From a virus: a stretch of DNA of 64,000 nucleotides. Below the pieces are notes generated by a model. It did not search any database, was not told the DNA's origin, and saw only the letters and a program-made list of their open reading frames with translations. This document shows, piece by piece, positions 8,739-18,158 of the stretch. Location of the stretch: the IMG/VR virus record IMGVR_UViG_3300050501_000292; one strand, 5' to 3'. The number at the start of each line of letters is the position of its first letter. Position 1 is the stretch's first letter. A program made the translations under genes and the position numbers.

Positions 8739-9349
8739 GCCAGGTCGACCGCATCCTCGACCTGGACCTGTGCGCCGGCTGCCGGGCCTACCTGCTCGAG
8801 GACAGCGACGAAGACCCCCGCAACCCCGAGGTGAGGATCAACCCGCCGCCGACCGGGACCTACGACCCCGAGGGAACCGTGATGGAAGTGAGCGACCTCC
8901 AACCCGGACAGACCGGGCGTGTCGTCGCCGTCTACGACCTGAGCGGCCCGTCGATCGCCGAGCAGTTCGGCGACGCGGTCGAGGCCCTCGAAGGGGAACT
9001 TATCCGAGAGCTCAGCGGCTACCTGTGGCGCAACACGGCCGAGTCCGCGCCACCGCTGACCCAGGAGAGGATGCACGAGGTCTACCGGGCTGTCGCCGAG
9101 CGGGAGGCCACCTACGAGGAGCGCCTCCGTGCTCGGGCGCGAGGGATGGGCGCCGAGGCTGTCCTTCGGGCCCGGATCTACTACGCGTGGCGGAGCAACG
9201 AGCCGCTCTACGTCACCTACGCGGAACTCCACACGTTGCAGATGATGCCCCGGCCGTCGCCCGGGAGTCCGATGCCGTTCAACAGCATCGACGTCGTCGT
9301 CGATGCGGGCCAGGCCGCAGCGCAGCAGCGGGTGGCTCTCATCCAATGA
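8735..9349 (+). CDS. Hypothetical protein
   Basis: GTGA overlap; ends overlapping the helicase ATG. Confidence 0.6.
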   Translation: MSQVDRILDLDLCAGCRAYLLEDSDEDPRNPEVRINPPPTGTYDPEGTVMEVSDLQPGQTGRVVAVYDLSGPSIAEQFGDAVEALEGELIRELSGYLWRNTAESAPPLTQERMHEVYRAVAEREATYEERLRARARGMGAEAVLRARIYYAWRSNEPLYVTYAELHTLQMMPRPSPGSPMPFNSIDVVVDAGQAAAQQRVALIQ

Positions 9350-11406
9350 CCGCCATCGATCCCGGGCCCCTCTCGCCCTCCACGGTCCGCCTCACCCCGT
9401 CGCGGATCCGCCGGGCTCTGCGCCGCAAGGTCCGGCCCCACTTCGTCAACGATCCGCACCTTTGGATCGTCGAAGGCGACGTCGACGACGCCTACCCCAC
9501 CTATGTCGTCCGCTACGACCCCGGCACCGGCGACCACGCCTGCTCCTGCTACGACACCGGCGGCCGGCTGAACCGCGGCAACGTCGGCCGGCGCATCGGC
9601 TGCACCCACGTCGTCGCCGTCGTCATGAAGCTCAAGCGCCAAGCCGCGATCGAGCGCCGCAACGCCGAACGGAAGCGTGCCGTCCCGCCGACCCCTACCG
9701 TCCCGACACCCGACGACCCGCGCCTCCACTACCACCCCGACACCGGCCAGCTCGTCCAGCCGCCGTTCCCCGACTGGGTGCAGACGTTCCGCCCCCACCA
9801 GTGGCAGGCCACCGAGGCGATCATGGAGGCGTTCGACGACGGCGCCCGGGTCGTCATGCTCCAGGCGCCCGTCGGCACCGGCAAGACCCTCACCGGCGAA
9901 CTCGTGCGCCGGCTCATCGGCGGCAACGCCCTCTACGTGTGCTCCACCAAGACCCTCCAGGACCAGGCGGCCCGCGACTTCGACTACGCCCGGGTCCTCA
10001 AAGGCCGGGCCAACTACCCGACGTTGTCCGGCGGCCGGGGCGCGTGGGGCCAGGTCGTCGACGCCGCCGCCAACACCGTCACCTGCGCCGACTGCACCGT
10101 CTCCGGCTCCGACCCCGACTGCCGGTGGTGCCACGACACGGTGCGCTGCCCCTACCGGCTCGCCCGGGGCCGGGCCCAGACCGCCCCCCTCGCCGTCCTC
10201 AACACCGCCTACGCGCTCACCGACTGGAACAAGGGCGGTCAGCGCTTCGCCGGCCGGGACCTCTGCATCATCGACGAGGCCGACCTCCTCGAAGGCGAGC
10301 TGCTCTCCCAGGTCGAGGTCACGATCTCGAAGCGCCGCCGGGAGACCCTGCGCATCCCGCCGGCCGCCCCCAAGACCGTGTCCCGCAAGGACCCGCAGGG
10401 AACCTACGACGCCTGGCGCGAGTGGGCGGTCGCCGAGGCCATCCCCCGGGTCGCCGAGACCCTCTCGGTCCTGCCGACCGCGCAGTCGGCGACACCCCGC
10501 GAGCTCCGGCTCCGCAAGTCCTACCACGACCTGCTCGAACGGCTCCGCCTCCTCGCCCGGGAACTGCCTCAGGGCGGCTGGATACATGACGATTACAACA
10601 CTGGCGGGGTCACGTTCCGGCCCGTCCAGGTGCACGGCTGGGGGTCGACGATGCTGTGGCCGCACGCCCGGCGGTTCCTGCTGATGTCCGGCACGATCAT
10701 CTCCGCCGACGAGATGGCCGAGTCGCTCGGGGTGCCCGACGGCTACCGGCTCGTCGACATCCCGATGACGTTCCCCGCTGCGAACCGGCCCGTCAACGTC
10801 TGCGCGCTCGTCGAGATGTCCCACAAGACCGTCGACACCGACTGGCCGAAGATGCTCAAAGGCGTCGCCGGGGTCCTCGGGGTGCACCCCGAGGAGCGCA
10901 TCCTCGTCCACACCGTCTCCGGCAAGCTCGCCGAGTACCTGGTGCGCAACCTGCCGCCCTCCGCCCGCGCCGGCCGGGGCATCTACACCTACCGCTCCGG
11001 CGCCTCCGGGGAACGCGACCAGGCGCTCGCCGCCTACAAGGCCGACCCCCGCGGCGTCCTCATCGCGCAGTCGATGGAGCGCGGCGTCGACCTGCCCGAC
11101 GAGCTGTGCTCGGTGATCGTCGTCTGCAAGATCCCGTACCCGAACCTCGGCGACAACCGCACCAAGGCCCGGCTCTACGCCACGAAGGGCGGCGAAGCCT
11201 GGTACGCGGTCAACACCGTCCGCTCGCTGGTTCAGATGACCGGCAGGGGAGTGCGCCACGAAGGCGACCGCTGCACCGTCTACGTCCTCGACCACGCGTT
11301 CACGACCCGGCTGTGGCGCAAGAACAAGCGCCTCCTGCCCGAATGGTGGTGCGACGCCGTCAACTGGCACTACCCGACGTACCGGCTGACCCGCCAGAGG
11401 TCTTGA
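9346..11406 (+). CDS. dinG: DinG/XPD-family SF2 helicase with N-terminal SWIM zinc finger
   Basis: SWIM CSC..CTH; Q motif FRPHQ; Walker A APVGTGKT; Fe-S-type Cys cluster; IIDEAD; LMSGT; ERGVDLP; QMTGRGVRH. Confidence 0.88.
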   Translation: MTAIDPGPLSPSTVRLTPSRIRRALRRKVRPHFVNDPHLWIVEGDVDDAYPTYVVRYDPGTGDHACSCYDTGGRLNRGNVGRRIGCTHVVAVVMKLKRQAAIERRNAERKRAVPPTPTVPTPDDPRLHYHPDTGQLVQPPFPDWVQTFRPHQWQATEAIMEAFDDGARVVMLQAPVGTGKTLTGELVRRLIGGNALYVCSTKTLQDQAARDFDYARVLKGRANYPTLSGGRGAWGQVVDAAANTVTCADCTVSGSDPDCRWCHDTVRCPYRLARGRAQTAPLAVLNTAYALTDWNKGGQRFAGRDLCIIDEADLLEGELLSQVEVTISKRRRETLRIPPAAPKTVSRKDPQGTYDAWREWAVAEAIPRVAETLSVLPTAQSATPRELRLRKSYHDLLERLRLLARELPQGGWIHDDYNTGGVTFRPVQVHGWGSTMLWPHARRFLLMSGTIISADEMAESLGVPDGYRLVDIPMTFPAANRPVNVCALVEMSHKTVDTDWPKMLKGVAGVLGVHPEERILVHTVSGKLAEYLVRNLPPSARAGRGIYTYRSGASGERDQALAAYKADPRGVLIAQSMERGVDLPDELCSVIVVCKIPYPNLGDNRTKARLYATKGGEAWYAVNTVRSLVQMTGRGVRHEGDRCTVYVLDHAFTTRLWRKNKRLLPEWWCDAVNWHYPTYRLTRQRS

Positions 11407-11436
11407 CAGAGTTCTTGTCAAGAGACTAGACAGAGA
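11401..11436. promoter_or_regulatory. Triple 12-bp-period box array TCTTGACAGAGT/TCTTGTCAAGAG/ACTAGACAGAGA
   Basis: Seen directly; includes TTGACA upstream of 11470. Confidence 0.7.
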
Positions 11437-11469
11437 TACCGCAACAAATCCCCCTAGGAGGGACCCCTT

Positions 11470-12390
11470 ATGCCTTGGGATACCGACCGATCGTCCGGCT
11501 TCCTCACCCACTTCGCCGGCACGGTCAAGGAGTCGTACTTCGGCACGAACCCGAAGTACATGGACGGCGACGCGCTGCTGCTCTGCCTGGAGCTCGACGA
11601 GGTCGAAGTGCTCGAGGAGGGCTACGACGGTGATGTCCCGGACCCGCTGACGGTCGAGATCCCGTGCGGCGGCAAGGACTGGTTCACCGAGGACGGCACG
11701 GTCGCCGAGCACAAGAAGAACAAGGACCGGTTCCACACCTCGGGCTGGATGGGCAAGCTCGTCGACGCCGTCATCTCGTCGCAGACCGACTACGACGGCC
11801 CCGCGACCGCCAACTACGGCGGCAACACCGAGCGCACCGACGGCGAGCCGCTCGACGTCGACTTCGCCGACCTGTACCAGGTGCTCGAGAGCCGGGGCGA
11901 CCCCACCGAGGCCGCCATCTACGAGGGCCTGCGCTTCGAGTTCGCCGAGCTCCAGGCCGACTTCGGGCCCGACCGCGAAGCCCAGAAGAAGGGCGACAAG
12001 GACGCCCGGATCAGCTCCCGGCGCACCCTGCCCATCCGCTACTTCCCCGCCGAGGCCGCCAAGCCGGCGAGCAAGGCCCGGGGCGCGACGAAGAAGGCCG
12101 CCGCCAAGCCGGCTACGAAGTCCAAGGCCCAGGAGGCCAAGGAGCGCGCCGCAGCCAAGCGGGCCGAGGCCACCACCACCGTCAACGGCGAGGCCAACCC
12201 GTTCGTCGACATCGCCGAGGACCTCGACACCGCCGAGGCCCTCATGGCCGCCCTCAAGGCCAACGACGACTACGACGCGTTCGTCGAGGCGTGCCTCCAG
12301 ATCGAGGCCGTCGAGAAGAACGACGCTCTGCTCGACGCCGTCATCGACGAGAACGGCCCCTGGGCCAGCCGCGACGAGCTCGTCGGCTGA
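11470..12390 (+). CDS. Putative ssDNA-binding/recombination protein with Ala/Lys-rich linker and acidic tail
   Basis: TAGGAGG RBS; lies between helicase and exonuclease; function inferred from context. Confidence 0.5.
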   Translation: MPWDTDRSSGFLTHFAGTVKESYFGTNPKYMDGDALLLCLELDEVEVLEEGYDGDVPDPLTVEIPCGGKDWFTEDGTVAEHKKNKDRFHTSGWMGKLVDAVISSQTDYDGPATANYGGNTERTDGEPLDVDFADLYQVLESRGDPTEAAIYEGLRFEFAELQADFGPDREAQKKGDKDARISSRRTLPIRYFPAEAAKPASKARGATKKAAAKPATKSKAQEAKERAAAKRAEATTTVNGEANPFVDIAEDLDTAEALMAALKANDDYDAFVEACLQIEAVEKNDALLDAVIDENGPWASRDELVG

Positions 12391-12626
12391 TGAGCCGTAG
12401 CCGCATCAACGTGGAGGTGCTCGCCCCGTCCGGCGGGGTGCGCGCCTCCACGGCCGGCTCCCGACGACCGAACCTGTGCGACCACTGCCGGTCCGGCGAC
12501 CACCACCTGTGTACCGGGGTCGGCTGCTACGGCTGCCCCGGACCGCACCGCCGCCACGGCTGCGCGGTCCCGGTCGCGACGTCGGGCCGGCAGCCGATCG
12601 TCAGCGACTTCGAGGACGACCTATGA
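12390..12626 (+). CDS. Small Cys/His-rich protein
   Basis: TGATG overlap; CDHC..H..C..C..C. Confidence 0.55.
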   Translation: MSRSRINVEVLAPSGGVRASTAGSRRPNLCDHCRSGDHHLCTGVGCYGCPGPHRRHGCAVPVATSGRQPIVSDFEDDL

Positions 12627-12946
12627 CCACTTCCTACGTGGCTCGCCCCGCGACCAACAGCCCGCCCGAGCCGCAGGTGCGCGGCAACACCGCCTGGCTG
12701 GACGCCGTCGCCCAGATCCGCGCCGACCCCGGCCGCTGGTACCACTTCCCGCCCGAGGACAACGGCGGCGAGCTGTTCGCCGACCACCAAGCCTGGTACC
12801 TGCGGGAGACCTACGGCCTCGTGGTCGAGCTCCACGACCGGGTCACCCGCGACAAGCGCACGTACGGCGTCATCTGGGCGCACGTCTGCCCCGAGAGCGG
12901 CCCCTGCCCGATCTGCCAACCCGAGGAGCTGCTGGCCGATGGATGA
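12623..12946 (+). CDS. Hypothetical protein
   Basis: ATGA overlap; ends EELLADG. Confidence 0.6.
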   Translation: MTTSYVARPATNSPPEPQVRGNTAWLDAVAQIRADPGRWYHFPPEDNGGELFADHQAWYLRETYGLVVELHDRVTRDKRTYGVIWAHVCPESGPCPICQPEELLADG

Positions 12947-13238
12947 GACCCCTGGCCCCCGCTACACCCTGGACGAGGTCCGGGCCTTCAAGGCCGCCCT
13001 GGGCGGCGCCATCGACCGGATGGACGCCGAGCCATACGAAGGCGGCGAGTTCGAGCGGAAGATCCAGCTCCGCCAGACCGGCCTGTCGCTCCACGTCAGG
13101 TGGACGCCGAAGCTGCCGATCCTGCCGCCGGCCACCCCACCCCACGTCTGCACGCAGAACTTCGCTGACATCGGCCTGAACCCCGGGCTGATGCACCAGG
13201 TTCTCGATCAACTCGAGGAGTTGCTCGCCGATGGCTGA
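12939..13238 (+). CDS. Hypothetical protein
   Basis: GAGGAG RBS; also ends EELLADG. Confidence 0.6.
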   Translation: MDETPGPRYTLDEVRAFKAALGGAIDRMDAEPYEGGEFERKIQLRQTGLSLHVRWTPKLPILPPATPPHVCTQNFADIGLNPGLMHQVLDQLEELLADG

Positions 13239-14241
13239 CGAGCGCCCCTCCGCCTACTACGAGCCGACGGACGCTGGGGGCCGTCGGCTCGTGATCCGTG
13301 GCCACGCTCTCGGCACCTGTGCCTGGGAGCTCATCGCGACGCTCCAGGGCTTCGAGCCGCAGCCCTGGCCCGAGCGCATCCTGCGCGCCTTCAAGGAGGG
13401 TGAGGTTGCCGAGCCGCTCATCCTCCAGCGTCTCGTCGACATCGGCTGGGTCCTCGACGACAGCTGGACCCAGCGCACGCTGGAGCTGTCGTGCGGGACC
13501 GGCCGCATCGTGCGCCTCCACCCCGACGGCGCGGGCTGCCCCGCCACCCAACCCACCACGCCGCACGCCATCGAAGCCAAGGCGCTGCACAACTCGACCT
13601 GGCAGTCGTTCCGCCGGCATGGCGTCAGGGGCATCGGCCACGGCTACGACTGGCAGTTCTCCGCCGAGATGGCCGCCGCCCGGATGCCGCTGGCGGTCGT
13701 CGCCCTCAACAAGGGCGAGACCCCCGACGAGAACGGCAAGCGCCCCGAGTGCGCCGATGAGGGCCAGCTCCACTTCGAGTTCCTCAACGACCCGCCGCAC
13801 AGCCGGGCCGACATCCTCAAGCGGGTCCGCATGATCGCCGAGGCCGCCGACGGCGACAACGTCGTGCAGTCCGGCCGGCCCTGCGACAACCCGCAGCAGT
13901 GGCCATGCCGCTTCTACCACCTCCGCCCCGAGCCCGAGAAGGACCAGGGCTACGCCGTCGACCCCGCCGAGGCCGACGAGTACGAGCGCTACTGCCGGGC
14001 CTACGACACCGCGAAGCGGCTCGAGAACCGCGCCAAGACCATGAAGGAAGGCGCCCGGGACGCCCTGCTCAAGCTGGCCGGCAACCGCGACGAGATGTTC
14101 ACCGACCTGTTCGAGCTGACCGTCGTCGGCGGTGAGAACACGAAGACCGACTGGGCCGCGATGCGCGCCGCCGGAGTGGACGTCGAGCAGTACCAGACCA
14201 AGGAGCCGAAGTCCAAGAGCGTGAGGGTGACACGGCGATGA
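13231..14241 (+). CDS. PD-(D/E)XK Cas4/RecB-like exonuclease
   Basis: E..HPDG..IEAK..Q motif series; N- and C-terminal Cys. Confidence 0.75.
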   Translation: MADERPSAYYEPTDAGGRRLVIRGHALGTCAWELIATLQGFEPQPWPERILRAFKEGEVAEPLILQRLVDIGWVLDDSWTQRTLELSCGTGRIVRLHPDGAGCPATQPTTPHAIEAKALHNSTWQSFRRHGVRGIGHGYDWQFSAEMAAARMPLAVVALNKGETPDENGKRPECADEGQLHFEFLNDPPHSRADILKRVRMIAEAADGDNVVQSGRPCDNPQQWPCRFYHLRPEPEKDQGYAVDPAEADEYERYCRAYDTAKRLENRAKTMKEGARDALLKLAGNRDEMFTDLFELTVVGGENTKTDWAAMRAAGVDVEQYQTKEPKSKSVRVTRR

Positions 14242-14588
14242 GGCGCTTCTATCCACCAACCGAGTCCGACATCCCGATGCACGGGTGGCGGCCCTACTCG
14301 GACATCCACCGCGAGCGGATCCGCGCCCACGAGAAGTGGGACCGGCCGGAGCGACCCGAGGAAGGCGCGTCGATGGAGCGTCGGTCCTGGGACGACCCAG
14401 CGTGGATGTCCGTGCTGGTCGAGGAAGTCGGCGAGGTCGCTCGGGCACTCTGCGAGCAGCGCCACGGCCATACCAACCGGCCTCAGACGATGGTCCAGCT
14501 TCGCAAGGAGCTGGTGCAGGTCGCCGCCATGACGGTCGCGTGGATCGACGCGCTCGACCTCGACGAGACCGAGGCGATGGCCTGGTGA
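14238..14588 (+). CDS. mazG: MazG-like NTP pyrophosphohydrolase
   Basis: VLVEEVGEVARAL...KELVQVAA. Confidence 0.85.
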   Translation: MRRFYPPTESDIPMHGWRPYSDIHRERIRAHEKWDRPERPEEGASMERRSWDDPAWMSVLVEEVGEVARALCEQRHGHTNRPQTMVQLRKELVQVAAMTVAWIDALDLDETEAMAW

Positions 14589-14761
14589 GCGAGACCCGCA
14601 TCCCCGTCGAGCGCGTCGACGAGCACGGCCGCGTCACCGGCAAGGGCACCGCCCGCGCTCGGGGTGTCACCTTCGACGACTACCGCACCTCCACAGGCGC
14701 CGAGCTCAAGCTGCGGCCCGGCGAGTCCTTCGTCGTGTCGGTCGTGGTGGAGGACCTGTGA
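14585..14761 (+). CDS. Hypothetical protein
   Basis: GTGA overlaps at both ends. Confidence 0.5.
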   Translation: MSETRIPVERVDEHGRVTGKGTARARGVTFDDYRTSTGAELKLRPGESFVVSVVVEDL

Positions 14762-15225
14762 GCGAGGTCGCCTGCGCCCACGGTCGACTCACTGGCCGAT
14801 TCGCGATCGAAGGCGAATGTTGGCTATGGACCGGCAAGCGCAACCAGAAGGGGTACGGCCGACTTGTCGTTGATGGTCGGTACGTGCTTGCTCATCGGCT
14901 CTCTTGGGAGTTCGCAAATGGGCCGATTCCTGATGGTCTCTACGTGCTGCATCGTTGCGATACCCCGCCTTGCATCAATCCTTGTCATCTGTTCCTCGGA
15001 ACGTTGGCCGAGAACAACGCCGACATGAAGGCCAAAGGCCGTGAGCGAAAGGCCGTTGGTGAATCTCATCCCTGGGTGAAGTTGACCGAGACGCAAGTTC
15101 GGGAAATTCGTGCACGGCGCTTGTCAGGTGAGTTGACGACAACTCTCGCTGCCGAGTTCGGGGTCCATGACAGTCAAATCAGTCGGATCGCGAGGGGAGT
15201 GAGTCGTGCCCACGACGGAATGTGA
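14758..15225 (+). CDS. HNH homing endonuclease with C-terminal HTH
   Basis: CWLWTG..GYG..AHRLSWE..VLHRCDTPPCINPCHLFLGT..N..DM; visibly lower GC. Confidence 0.92.
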   Translation: MSEVACAHGRLTGRFAIEGECWLWTGKRNQKGYGRLVVDGRYVLAHRLSWEFANGPIPDGLYVLHRCDTPPCINPCHLFLGTLAENNADMKAKGRERKAVGESHPWVKLTETQVREIRARRLSGELTTTLAAEFGVHDSQISRIARGVSRAHDGM

Positions 15226-15463
15226 GCACGGCATGCCGACGCCGGCCAGCTGCTACGACTGCATGGAGGACGGCGTCTTCGTCCGAGCGCCCGAACGCCC
15301 CGCGCCGCACGTCGTCGCCCGGTTCGAGGCTCGTCACGACGGCCAGTGCCCGGCCTGCAACCTCGGCATCCACGTCGGCCAGGAGATCGTGAAGCTCGCC
15401 GACGGCACCTACGAGCACGGCCACCACCACGACAGCCACGCCTGGTCGACGGAGGGCCACTGA
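15206..15463 (+). CDS. Small zinc-binding protein
   Basis: CEHG..CYDC; ARHDGQCPAC..IHVG. Confidence 0.6.
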   Translation: MPTTECEHGMPTPASCYDCMEDGVFVRAPERPAPHVVARFEARHDGQCPACNLGIHVGQEIVKLADGTYEHGHHHDSHAWSTEGH

Positions 15464-15741
15464 TGCCCGAGATGCTCTACGACCCCGAGACCGGCGCCGA
15501 GCTGTGGCGCGGTGAGGCCGACTGCACCGGTCAGTGCATCTACGGCCGCGACATCCTGATGCCGGGTGACGCCCCGCTCAACGTGATGAGCGACGTCGCC
15601 TACCCCGACCCCAAGTGCGCGTTGCACGGTGGCATCGCCGACGTGTGGCCTGACTCGGAGATCGATCTGACGGCCAGCGAAACCCAACGCGTCGCCCTGG
15701 CCTCCGCCTACGAGCACGGCGCGCTGACGGAGGGCCACTGA
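15463..15741 (+). CDS. Hypothetical protein
   Basis: TGATG overlaps at both ends; flanked by 20-bp direct repeats. Confidence 0.6.
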   Translation: MPEMLYDPETGAELWRGEADCTGQCIYGRDILMPGDAPLNVMSDVAYPDPKCALHGGIADVWPDSEIDLTASETQRVALASAYEHGALTEGH

Positions 15742-16571
15742 TGCCGGCCCCTCCGTTCGTCACGCTCCCCAACGGCCGCCAGGCCCAGGCCCGCGAGACC
15801 ATCCTCGTCTACGGCGACAGTGACGTCGGCAAGACCTTCCAGTACCTCAAGCTCGCCGACTGGCACCAGCGCCGCGGCTCCGATGCCCGGTTCTTCGGGA
15901 TCTGCACGCCCGGCAACGACTGGACGAAGTTCTTCCTGCCGGGCGCCGAGTTCGAGCACCTCGCCAACGTCCATTTCGAGAACGCCACAGTCATCCAGGA
16001 CTACTTCGACGTCTACGACAAGGTCATCAAGCGGGCCCGGCCGAAGCCTCACGACTGGCTGAATGTCGACGTGCTCGGCGACAGCTGGGGGGCCGCGCAG
16101 GAGGAGTACGCCGAGCGCGAGTGGGGCACTGACCTCGGCTCGAAGTGGGCGACCGAAGGCGGCCGCTACCCGATCGGCGGCGCCGACTGGCCGTGGGGCT
16201 CGATCAACTCCCGCCACAAGGCATTCGCGCAGAACCGGGTGATCCGCTTCCCCGGGCACCTCTACTGCTGCGCGTGGGACCGGGCGCCGGGTGAGAAGGA
16301 CGACAAGGACAAGCTCGGCCAGGCGACGTTCGGGATGATCGGCCGCTGGCCGGTCGGCCAGAAGGACGAGTACCGCCGCTTCGACACCGTCATCCACCTG
16401 TCGTTCAACGGCCGGCACGAGCGCGTCGCCCGCACCGCGAAGGAGCGCGGCGGCCGTCGCCGGCTCGGCGAGGTCGTCCAGCGCGGCAAGGCGGAGCCCA
16501 TCCACGTCGGCGAGCCGATCAACGACCTGTTCAAGGACTACCTGCTCAAGATCGCGAGGTGGAAGCCATGA
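15741..16571 (+). CDS. AAA/RecA-like ATPase (Sak4/AAA_24-like)
   Basis: ILVYGDSDVGKT Walker A; RRFDTVIHL. Confidence 0.75.
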   Translation: MPAPPFVTLPNGRQAQARETILVYGDSDVGKTFQYLKLADWHQRRGSDARFFGICTPGNDWTKFFLPGAEFEHLANVHFENATVIQDYFDVYDKVIKRARPKPHDWLNVDVLGDSWGAAQEEYAEREWGTDLGSKWATEGGRYPIGGADWPWGSINSRHKAFAQNRVIRFPGHLYCCAWDRAPGEKDDKDKLGQATFGMIGRWPVGQKDEYRRFDTVIHLSFNGRHERVARTAKERGGRRRLGEVVQRGKAEPIHVGEPINDLFKDYLLKIARWKP

Positions 16572-17530
16572 CTCTCAGAGGTATCGACGTCAGCCATCAC
16601 CAGGGGGCCATCGACTGGGGCCGCGTCAAGGCCGCCGGCTACGCCTTCGCCGTCGCGAAGGCCACCGAGGGCCTGACCTTCAAGGACTCGCGGATCGCTG
16701 CCAACTGGGCGGGGATGGGCCAGGCCGGCCTGATCCGCGGCGCCTACCACTTCCTGCGGGCCGAGGCCGGCGGGGTCCAGCAGGCCCGCCGCTTCGTGTC
16801 GGTCGTCGGCGACCCCCGGGGCGCGCTGGCGATGGTCGACGTCGAAACCCACGCGGTCGCCGGGACGATCCCCAGCTACCTCCAGGTGCACGCGTTCGTG
16901 GAGGAGTTCAAGCGCCTCACCGGCGGCCATCCGATCCTCATCTACACCGGCAAGTACCACTGGGCCCGGCTCGGCAACGGCGACGGCGCCCACCTCGGCC
17001 CGCTCTGGCACGCCGAGTACGACACCGGCTCCGAGGTCGCCGACGGCCCCGAGCTCGACAGCTACGGCGGCTGGTCGAAGTGCCTGATCTGGCAGTGGAC
17101 CTCGAGCGGACGGGTCCCGGGGATCGCCGGGAACGTCGACCTCAACACCTTCTACGGCGGGGGGAGGGACCTCCTCGCCCTGACCGGTATCCCCGGTCAC
17201 GTTGTCATCCCACCGAAGCCAAAGGAGCAAGACATGAAGATCGTCGACTGCGCCGGCCGGCCCGCCCTGTTCTTGGGCCCGGAAGGCATCCAGCGGATCA
17301 ACTCCGCCCAACGCAAGGCTCTGAGCGAGCTGGTCAAGGTCGAGGCGGTCGTGTGCAACGACCTCGCCCTCTACGACGCGCTCGTGTCGCTCATCAAGCC
17401 TTCATCCCCGGGTGTCGACCCGGTGCGCCTCGCCGCCGAGATCAGCGCCCGGCTGCCCGCCGAGCAGACCATCGACCAGGCCGTCGTCGAAGCTGGCCTC
17501 CGGGCGGTGCTGGAGCACGGCGTCGGATGA
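16568..17530 (+). CDS. GH25 muramidase endolysin
   Basis: GIDVSHHQG.IDW..VK, KATEG, GAYHF, DVE, WQWTSSGRVPGIAGNVDLN. Confidence 0.93.
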   Translation: MTLRGIDVSHHQGAIDWGRVKAAGYAFAVAKATEGLTFKDSRIAANWAGMGQAGLIRGAYHFLRAEAGGVQQARRFVSVVGDPRGALAMVDVETHAVAGTIPSYLQVHAFVEEFKRLTGGHPILIYTGKYHWARLGNGDGAHLGPLWHAEYDTGSEVADGPELDSYGGWSKCLIWQWTSSGRVPGIAGNVDLNTFYGGGRDLLALTGIPGHVVIPPKPKEQDMKIVDCAGRPALFLGPEGIQRINSAQRKALSELVKVEAVVCNDLALYDALVSLIKPSSPGVDPVRLAAEISARLPAEQTIDQAVVEAGLRAVLEHGVG

Positions 17531-17736
17531 AGGAAGCGAATCTCGATACCACCGCGATGATCTCGTCGACGATCCTGGTCGCGGCGCTGATCTTCGCGGT
17601 GGGTATCACCATCCTGCTGCTCATCCACTCCGATGAGTGGCCGCTCGGGACCGACGACGACCTCGACGACTTCGACCAGTGGGTCACCGACGAGGAGCGC
17701 GAAGAGGCTCGGGCCAAGGTGCGGGAGGGTCGCTGA
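17527..17736 (+). CDS. Small single-pass membrane protein
   Basis: ILVAALIFAVGITILLLI then acidic tail; ATGA overlap with lysin. Confidence 0.6.
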   Translation: MKEANLDTTAMISSTILVAALIFAVGITILLLIHSDEWPLGTDDDLDDFDQWVTDEEREEARAKVREGR

Positions 17737-18158
17737 TGAGTGTCAGGGGCCAGACCTACGCCGTCGCCACGAACCTCGTCACCGAGCAGTGCATCACGTG
17801 CGGCGTCCTGTTCGCGATCCCCCAGGAGCTCTACGAGCGTCGGCGGGAAGACCACCGAAGCTTCTACTGCCCGAACGGCCACAGCCAGCACTACGCCGGC
17901 GAGACCGAGGCCGAGCAGCTCCGCCGTCAGCTCCAGGCCCAGAGGAACCAGGCGACGGCTCTGCGCAGCTCGCTCGACCAGGAGACCGCACGCGCCAACC
18001 ACGAGGCGTCGCGGGCCGCCGGCTACAAGGGCGCGCTCACGAAGGCGAAGCGTCGCGTCGGCCGCGGCGTCTGCCCGGTCGACGGGTGCAAGCGGCACTT
18101 CGAGAACCTCAAGCGCCACATGGCGACCGAGCACCCCGATTACCCGGGGGAGGACTGA
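17736..18158 (+). CDS. Zinc-finger/coiled-coil protein
   Basis: CITC..FYCPNGH; C-terminal CPVDGC..H...H. Confidence 0.7.
   Translation: MSVRGQTYAVATNLVTEQCITCGVLFAIPQELYERRREDHRSFYCPNGHSQHYAGETEAEQLRRQLQAQRNQATALRSSLDQETARANHEASRAAGYKGALTKAKRRVGRGVCPVDGCKRHFENLKRHMATEHPDYPGED

Larger units (their letters stand above)
1..12564. repeat. First copy of a 12,564-bp segment repeated at 51437-64000 (genome unit 51,436 bp)
   Basis: ORFs recur with the same translation at +51436 (e.g. 71..664 and 51507..52100); position 1 acgttctgcc matches 51437. Confidence 0.97.

Noticed and set aside
8770-9345. N-terminal 192 aa of the track's 878-aa helicase ORF
   Set aside because: Arg/Pro-rich off-frame overlap of 8735..9349; the true start is the coupled ATG at 9346.
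9217-11736. 839-aa minus-strand ORF
   Set aside because: Antisense shadow of the helicase in high-GC DNA; no motifs.
9346-14241. Type IV CRISPR (DinG plus Cas4-like)
   Set aside because: No Csf1/2/3, Cas6 or array; both are common phage recombination enzymes.
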